From Catajapyx aquilonaris (taxonomy: Eukaryota): a DNA stretch of 43,297 nucleotides. Under the pieces are notes generated by a model. That model did not search any database. It was not told the origin of the DNA and saw only the letters and a program-made list of their open reading frames with translations. The DNA lies in contig JYFJ02003350.1 of the NCBI GenBank assembly GCA_000934665.2, positions 1-43,297 of the forward strand, written 5' to 3'. The translations under genes were made by a program, and so were the position numbers. Shown in pieces: positions 37,644 to 43,297 of this stretch; the first letter of the stretch is position 1; the number at the start of each line of letters is the position of its first letter.

Positions 37644-38659
37644 TACCACCAGACCTATCAGTGTGCCAACTTTCAGCCCCCTATTAGTAGTCTAGAAGTG
37701 GGTTATACAGCCCTGACATACATACAAATTATGGTTTATATAAAAATGTTTTTAATTTTTATTCATTTACAGTCGTATTTATTTACTTGTAGGCGCTTAT
37801 TAATTTATTCATTTGTAGGAGTATTTAATTGGATAATGAATTGAGTAAAAATTAATTTCCAATAGCAAAATAAATTATTTTTTTAAAAAGTTTAAAAGTT
37901 TAAATGAAATGGGAAATTTTCCCGGAGCATAATAATATCGATACAATATTGAATATCGATATTTGTATAAATGCCCCAATAACCCCAGGTTGATGCACAA
38001 AAACCGTCCATTTCCGTTCCCAGCCCCCAATTGGCACCTAAAAAACCGGGCTTGCCTTTTCCCACAATTTAGATCCGACCAGTAGAATCGGCCTTGAAAA
38101 GGAGGTAGCACTGGAGGGCACATGAAGAGACCCCTCGAGGGGGTCAAAAAACCAAACGGCCAAATTTGCATACAATGGAGTACCGAGAGGGCGGGCTTTT
38201 GGCTCCGGTGTTTATATTAAGATCTAATCCGTTCTATTGCCAGGGTGTCTATGCGTATAGAGGTCAGTATCGATGGCCTTGAGGTGGGAAACTACTAGTC
38301 ATTTTCTGAGAACTGCAAATATTATTGTTGGATGCCCCTGAGATAGTACTAAAAGCGTAATAAACATTTAGCAGTATCTAAATTGCATTACAGCTACAAT
38401 CTAAGAAGTAACGTGCCCTTGGGAGAATTGCCAAACTCTGGACCCATTTTGCCCCGGGGCTATGTTGCCCCCTCTATAATTTGACACACCTTGTGTCTTT
38501 GCCCTCATCTGTTTGCTTTTTTTGTTTCATTAAATATGCTTTAAAAGTGCAACTTGTACTGTGTAATTTCACACACCCCCTATACAATGCCTTTGCCCCT
38601 GTTCAGGGCCGTGTCCCCAGGCCACTTCTGGCCTCCTCTCATGATTTTTTTTACTAAAA

Positions 38660-39520
38660 CATATCGGCATATTTTAAAATCTCAAATGTGCAATTTATGA
38701 TTCGAACTATTAGTGATGTGTACGAACCTGAGTTATGTCATAAATCGGCACATACAAATTTGTGTGATAGTTTGTAGTGCAATGTGTCAAATGTGACATT
38801 CCCTGCCCACACGCGCAAATTTTTATTATTAAATCTATGGATAAATATTTACAAATCAAATGTGTAATTTGTGAAGCGAACTATTGGTGATATTTATGGA
38901 CCCTATGGATACCATAAATCTAAATATGCAAATTTGTATGAGAGTATGTAGTATTCTAATATGCTATGCGGTGCTCCAAATGTGACCCATTACTGGAGAA
39001 AATTTTTGTTATTAAATGTATTAAGGTGAAGTGGGGTAAGTGCATACACGGGGTAAGTGCATACACTGGCCGCCATATTGGAATGAAAATGGCTGACGAC
39101 ACCAACCTCTTGTGGGGATGTTATGTGCAGCTACACAACAGAGTGCCTGACGCGTTTGGTGTCGTCAGCCATTTTCATTCCAATATGGCGGCCCGTGTAT
39201 GCACTTACCCCACTTCACCTTACTAAATATTTAAAATTCAAATGTACAATTTGTGAACCAAACTATTGGTGACATTTATAGACCATAGGGATGCCGTAAC
39301 TATGGATAGAAAAATTGGTATGTGGGTTTGGGCGGCGCTCCAAATGTGATTATGCAATGCCCACACACGCAAATTTTTATTATTACATGTATTAGTAAAT
39401 ATTTAAAATTTAAATGTGCAATTTGTGCACCGAACTATTAGTGATATTTATGGACCATCGGTATGCCATAATTCTGAATATGAAAATATGTATGATCGTT
39501 TGTATGCGGACAAATGCAAC
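38660..39520. repeat. ~175-bp tandem repeat, about 4 copies, one interrupted by a MITE
   Basis: aaatgtgcaattt(g/a)tg..cgaactatt(a/g)gtga at about 38685, 38858, 39241 and 39413. Confidence 0.8.
39024..39220. mobile_element. TA-TSD MITE (Tc1/mariner-pogo type), ends AGGTGAAGTGGGGTAAGTGCATACAC
   Basis: Long TIRs; TA at 39022-39023 and 39221-39222; the paralogous empty site tgtattagtaaatat lies at about 39388-39402. Confidence 0.88.
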
Positions 39521-40339
39521 CGTGCCTGGCAGGGACGGACATTTGTGGGGATCGATGTATCTCTAACAAATGTGTTGTCCTTTTTTTCCATCAAGGACCT
39601 TAGCTAGGTCACGACTATCACGAACCATTCATCACGAGGTCCATCGAGCGCGACCCCGGACAGAAGCCACATGTCCCCCCGTCGATACCATCGTCTTGAC
39701 TCTATTGTGTCGCACCTCAAGGTTTCCCAGCGTGAACACTTGTCGCTCATACCAAGGCGATTTCCTGATTTGCTATAGCGAAGAACTCAACAACATAGGG
39801 TTCACTTTCCCCATTAGCACCGGTCCGTCAAGCGTGAAATGGGATTGGTTAAAAAGAAAAAGCCAGTACGTTCAAGAAAATTAACACTTCTCCAATGTTG
39901 TGATTCCGGTTACGCTTCCGTCTACGATCCGTCTGGAATTATTAAGTAGGGACCTACGTGGCCGGTCAGTACCGCTTCACCGTAACATCCGGATCGGTAA
40001 GAGCAACTCCGGATGGGGAAAAAGGGTTTAACATGCAAGAGAGGGCACCTTAGTCCGAAGGGGTCAATGGCAGGGAAGCGCAGGGGTCGTAGGAACAACC
40101 GGACAAAAGAGGTGTAAGGGAAGTGGGCAAGTCTAGTCTTGCATGCTTCATTGCTGCCGGACCCAACTTTACGACCATGATCGATCTTTATCTATGAGAA
40201 TCGGCCGGTTGTATTAAAATATCTGGTGGAGCAAGTGCCGCGATTGAAGATTATGTACGTGTACTACGATAGGCTTTTATTAGTTGGGTTGGTGATACAA
40301 AAACGCCATCTGTAGTGTACTTAGAGAACTTATATATGC

Positions 40340-40900
40340 AAGAAACGGGCCAAAAACCGGATTTACGCCCAGAAATGTGCGGTTTTTGTGTATCTATCTG
40401 AAGTTTTAGCATGTAGGCTATCAGCCTGCAAATTTTCAACATTATAGACATCTTAAAACCGAGTTAAAACTATATATTTCAAACATACAGCATAGCCCTT
40501 TGTGCTATGTAGCGCCAATTGAACTTTTTGTATAGAGCCAAAAAAAACCGGATTTACGCCTAGAAATGTGCGGTTCTTGAGTCGTTATCTGAAGAATGAG
40601 CATGTAGGCTATCAGCCTGCGAAGTTGCAACATCATAGACAGCTTAGAACCAGGTAAAACCCAAATATTTCAAACATACAACATAGCCCTTTGTGCTATG
40701 TAGTGCCAATTTATTTTTATTTTAACCAAAAACCGGATTTTCGCCTTAAAATGTGCAGTTCTTGAGTCGTTATCTACATCCGTAGCATGTCAGCTATCAG
40801 TGTGCCAATTTTCAACATTATAGACAACTTAAAACCGAGTTAAAACCAGATATTTCAAACATACAACATAGCCCTTTGTGCTATGTAGCGCCAATTTCAA
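40340..40900. repeat. Three-copy ~185-190 bp tandem repeat
   Basis: aaaaccggattt.cgcc..aaatgtgc...catagccctttgtgctatgtag at about 40353, 40544 and 40729. Confidence 0.88.
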
Positions 40901-41644
40901 AATTTTCTGTAGAGATCTGTAATAGGTCTATCAAAAATCTGATTTGACCAGCCGAAAGTACACATTCTAACCTACATTAAAACAATATAGTAACATTTTA
41001 AGTCTGCTTTAAAATATTATTAAAAAATTCTGGAATAAAGGCATCCCGATCCCAATCGTCAGATATGGAGACAATGTATCATTTCCTACATATCTCATTT
41101 GGAGCAATGCTAGTGCGCAGGTTCCGGCCATTTTTAACTTCCTCCCCTCCCCCTCCCCCCACCCTTGATGCTCGAACCATCGATTTCATCCCGACAACCT
41201 CCCCGAGCTATAAATTACATCCGGTTACAAGTTGAAAAGCCTTTCTTTTCATCACGGACACGTCAGAAAATCCTGGAATAGAGATTAACCCTTATCAAGC
41301 CTTTATCAATAGTATCGTCTAAAAAAGAATCGTAAAAATCGTCAGAAGAAGATCGATATTTTTTCGCAATGTTACATAGACTCTTTTTCCAATATTTCAA
41401 CCCCCCTTTTTGCTAGCCCCTCTTCTCGTGTATCTCTTCTGTTGTTTGCAAACCGAATGGAGTCTGCTACATTACCAGGAGATCAATAAACACAGGGGGA
41501 AATACAGGGGGGGAGGAAACCCTCCCCTTTTGGAACATGATGGCGAAAGGAACATTTGGTTGTTAATCATCCGGAGGAACATTCAGAACACATGCTGACA
41601 ATTAGATTTTCAGGCCTTTAAATAATATAGGCCTATTGTCAATA

Positions 41645-42490
41645 GGCATGAAATTGATATAAAATAGTATGAAATTTGTATAACATGGGATGCAATGTGT
41701 ATGACATGGCGTGCAATGTGTACGAAAATGCATAAAATGGGTATAACATTGGATGAAAACGGGATTAAATTGCATGCAATTTGTATAAAATGGCATGCAA
41801 TGGGTATCATTGCATACAATGTGCAGGGTATGTCATGCAATTGGCATGAAATGCATGCAATTGGTATGAAATGCATGCAGTGTGTAGGAAATTGCATGCA
41901 GTGGATATAAAATGGCACGCAACAAGTATGAAATGTCATGAAACTGATATCAAATGCATTCAATGAATATGAAATACGTGCAATGTGTATGAAATGCGTG
42001 TAATGTGCATGAAATGGCATGCATTGGGTATCTATTGAATGCAAGGTGTAGGAAATGTCATGCAATGGATATCAAATGCATTCAATGGATATCAAATGCG
42101 TGCAGTGGCATGAAGTGCATGTAATATGTACATGAAATGCTTGCAATGTGTAAGAAATTGCATGCTATTGATATAAAATGGCATGCAATTTTTATGAAAT
42201 GGCATGCATTGGTTATCTATTGAATGCAAGGTGTGGGAAATGTCATGCAATATATATGAAGTGCATTCAATTGACATAAAATCCATGCAGTGTGTAGAAA
42301 ATTACATGCAGTGGATATAAAATGGCATGCAACAAGTATGAAATGTCATGCAATGGATATCAAATGCATTCAATGGATATCAAATGCGTGCAATGGCATG
42401 AAGTGCATGTAATATGTACATAAAATGCTTGCAATGTGTAAGAAATTGCATGCTATTGATATAAAATGGCATGCAATTTTTATGAAATTT
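41645..42490. repeat. Degenerate ~20-bp satellite (ATGAAATGGCATGCAATGTGT)
   Basis: Visible directly; source of the His/Cys/Met-rich spurious ORFs in the track. Confidence 0.88.
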
Positions 42491-43061
42491 GCAAAAAAAA
42501 TGTATAAAATGCGCATAAAACCGCCAAATAACGAAACAAACGAACACAATAATTGCCCTTTTATTAGGGGCAGTACACCGAAATGTAGGCTAACAATTGA
42601 CATTTTGATGGGTTAATGGCTCATTTTGAATGATCCATAGCTTGATTTTAATTGACGGTTTACCCTTCGAGTCGGATCACGATTATCGGCACTTTCTTAT
42701 CGAGATTGCAATACCAACTTTCCTATTGGCTGAAAAATTCTGCACTATACTCTTGTGCAAAAAAGATTTTCCGGGACCCTTCTCCCCATAAATCCTACAG
42801 GACTAAGATAAAAGAGAAGTGGAGTTTCCTTGCCTTAGAGTAATAACTCACACTATTTTTTTTCCTAGCGTATTCTATTTATTCTGCTAGAAAATAGTTT
42901 TCCAGATTTTTCGCTCGGAATTTAGCCAAAGATGGGAGTAGATATGTCATTATCAGGTGAGGTACCTGGTTAGAGGCTACCTGCTTTGTTAACAGCCCTA
43001 ATATATGAGACTAGTAAGTAAATAGTAAGTTTTATAGTTTTTCGTAGAAAAAAGTATTATA

Positions 43062-43270
43062 AAACGGCTCTGTCTGTCTGTCTGTCTGTCAGTGGACAGG
43101 TATCAGACAGACAGACAGAGCCGTGTTATAAGACCTTTTTCGAGCCCCCTGGCTGCTCCCACCCCACCACCCCGACCCCTGACAGCCCATTCCCCCAGAC
43201 CAGATAGACAGACAGAGCCGTGCTATAAGACTATTTCGATTTTCGGGTTCCGGGTTCATTCTATCCGCCT
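43062..43270. mobile_element. Rearranged Helentron/DINE-like fragments, same family as 15629-15830
   Basis: acggctc(tgtc)n..tggacaggtatcag (reversed), gacagagccgtgttataagacc (forward, two variants) and cgggttcattctatccgcc (reversed). Confidence 0.55.
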
Positions 43271-43297
43271 ATTCCCCCTGGCTGCTCGCCTCCCCCC

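Larger units (their letters stand above)
8527..43297 (-). other. Presumed very long intron upstream of the 105-bp FERM exon
   Basis: The 105-bp exon begins mid-domain after an AG acceptor. No exon encoding the expected CxVxLLD start of the FERM domain was found by eye in the rest of the window. Confidence 0.6.

Overview
Eukaryotic, repeat-rich animal genomic DNA, probably arthropod (inferred from the protein sequence). The only supportable protein-coding content is three minus-strand spliced exons (8422-8526, 5835-5877, 839-917), all with canonical GT-AG boundaries and compatible phases. They join to DTTTGQELLDNVFKHLNLIETAYFGLRYVDDTKQT|HWLDPTKKVAKQLK(N)|[26 protein letters not shown], the N-terminal FERM domain of a band 4.1-like protein most similar to EPB41L4A/NBL4. 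The ORF track misses these exons and its entries look spurious. The upstream coding exon was not found, so 8527-43297 is probably part of one very long intron. That intron carries a tRNA-Gly-derived SINE family, hAT-type MITEs with 8-bp TSDs, TA-flanked Tc1/pogo-type MITEs, Helentron/DINE-like fragments, a possible RTE-type LINE tail and many different mini-/microsatellites. The most striking by-eye feature is architectural. Repeat blocks of about 0.4-1.4 kb, each from a different family, alternate with unique blocks of similar size at a period of about 1.3-2.3 kb. Nearly every unique block runs C-rich to G-rich on the + strand, so each repeat block has a G-rich left flank and a C-rich right flank. 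This needs quantitative confirmation.
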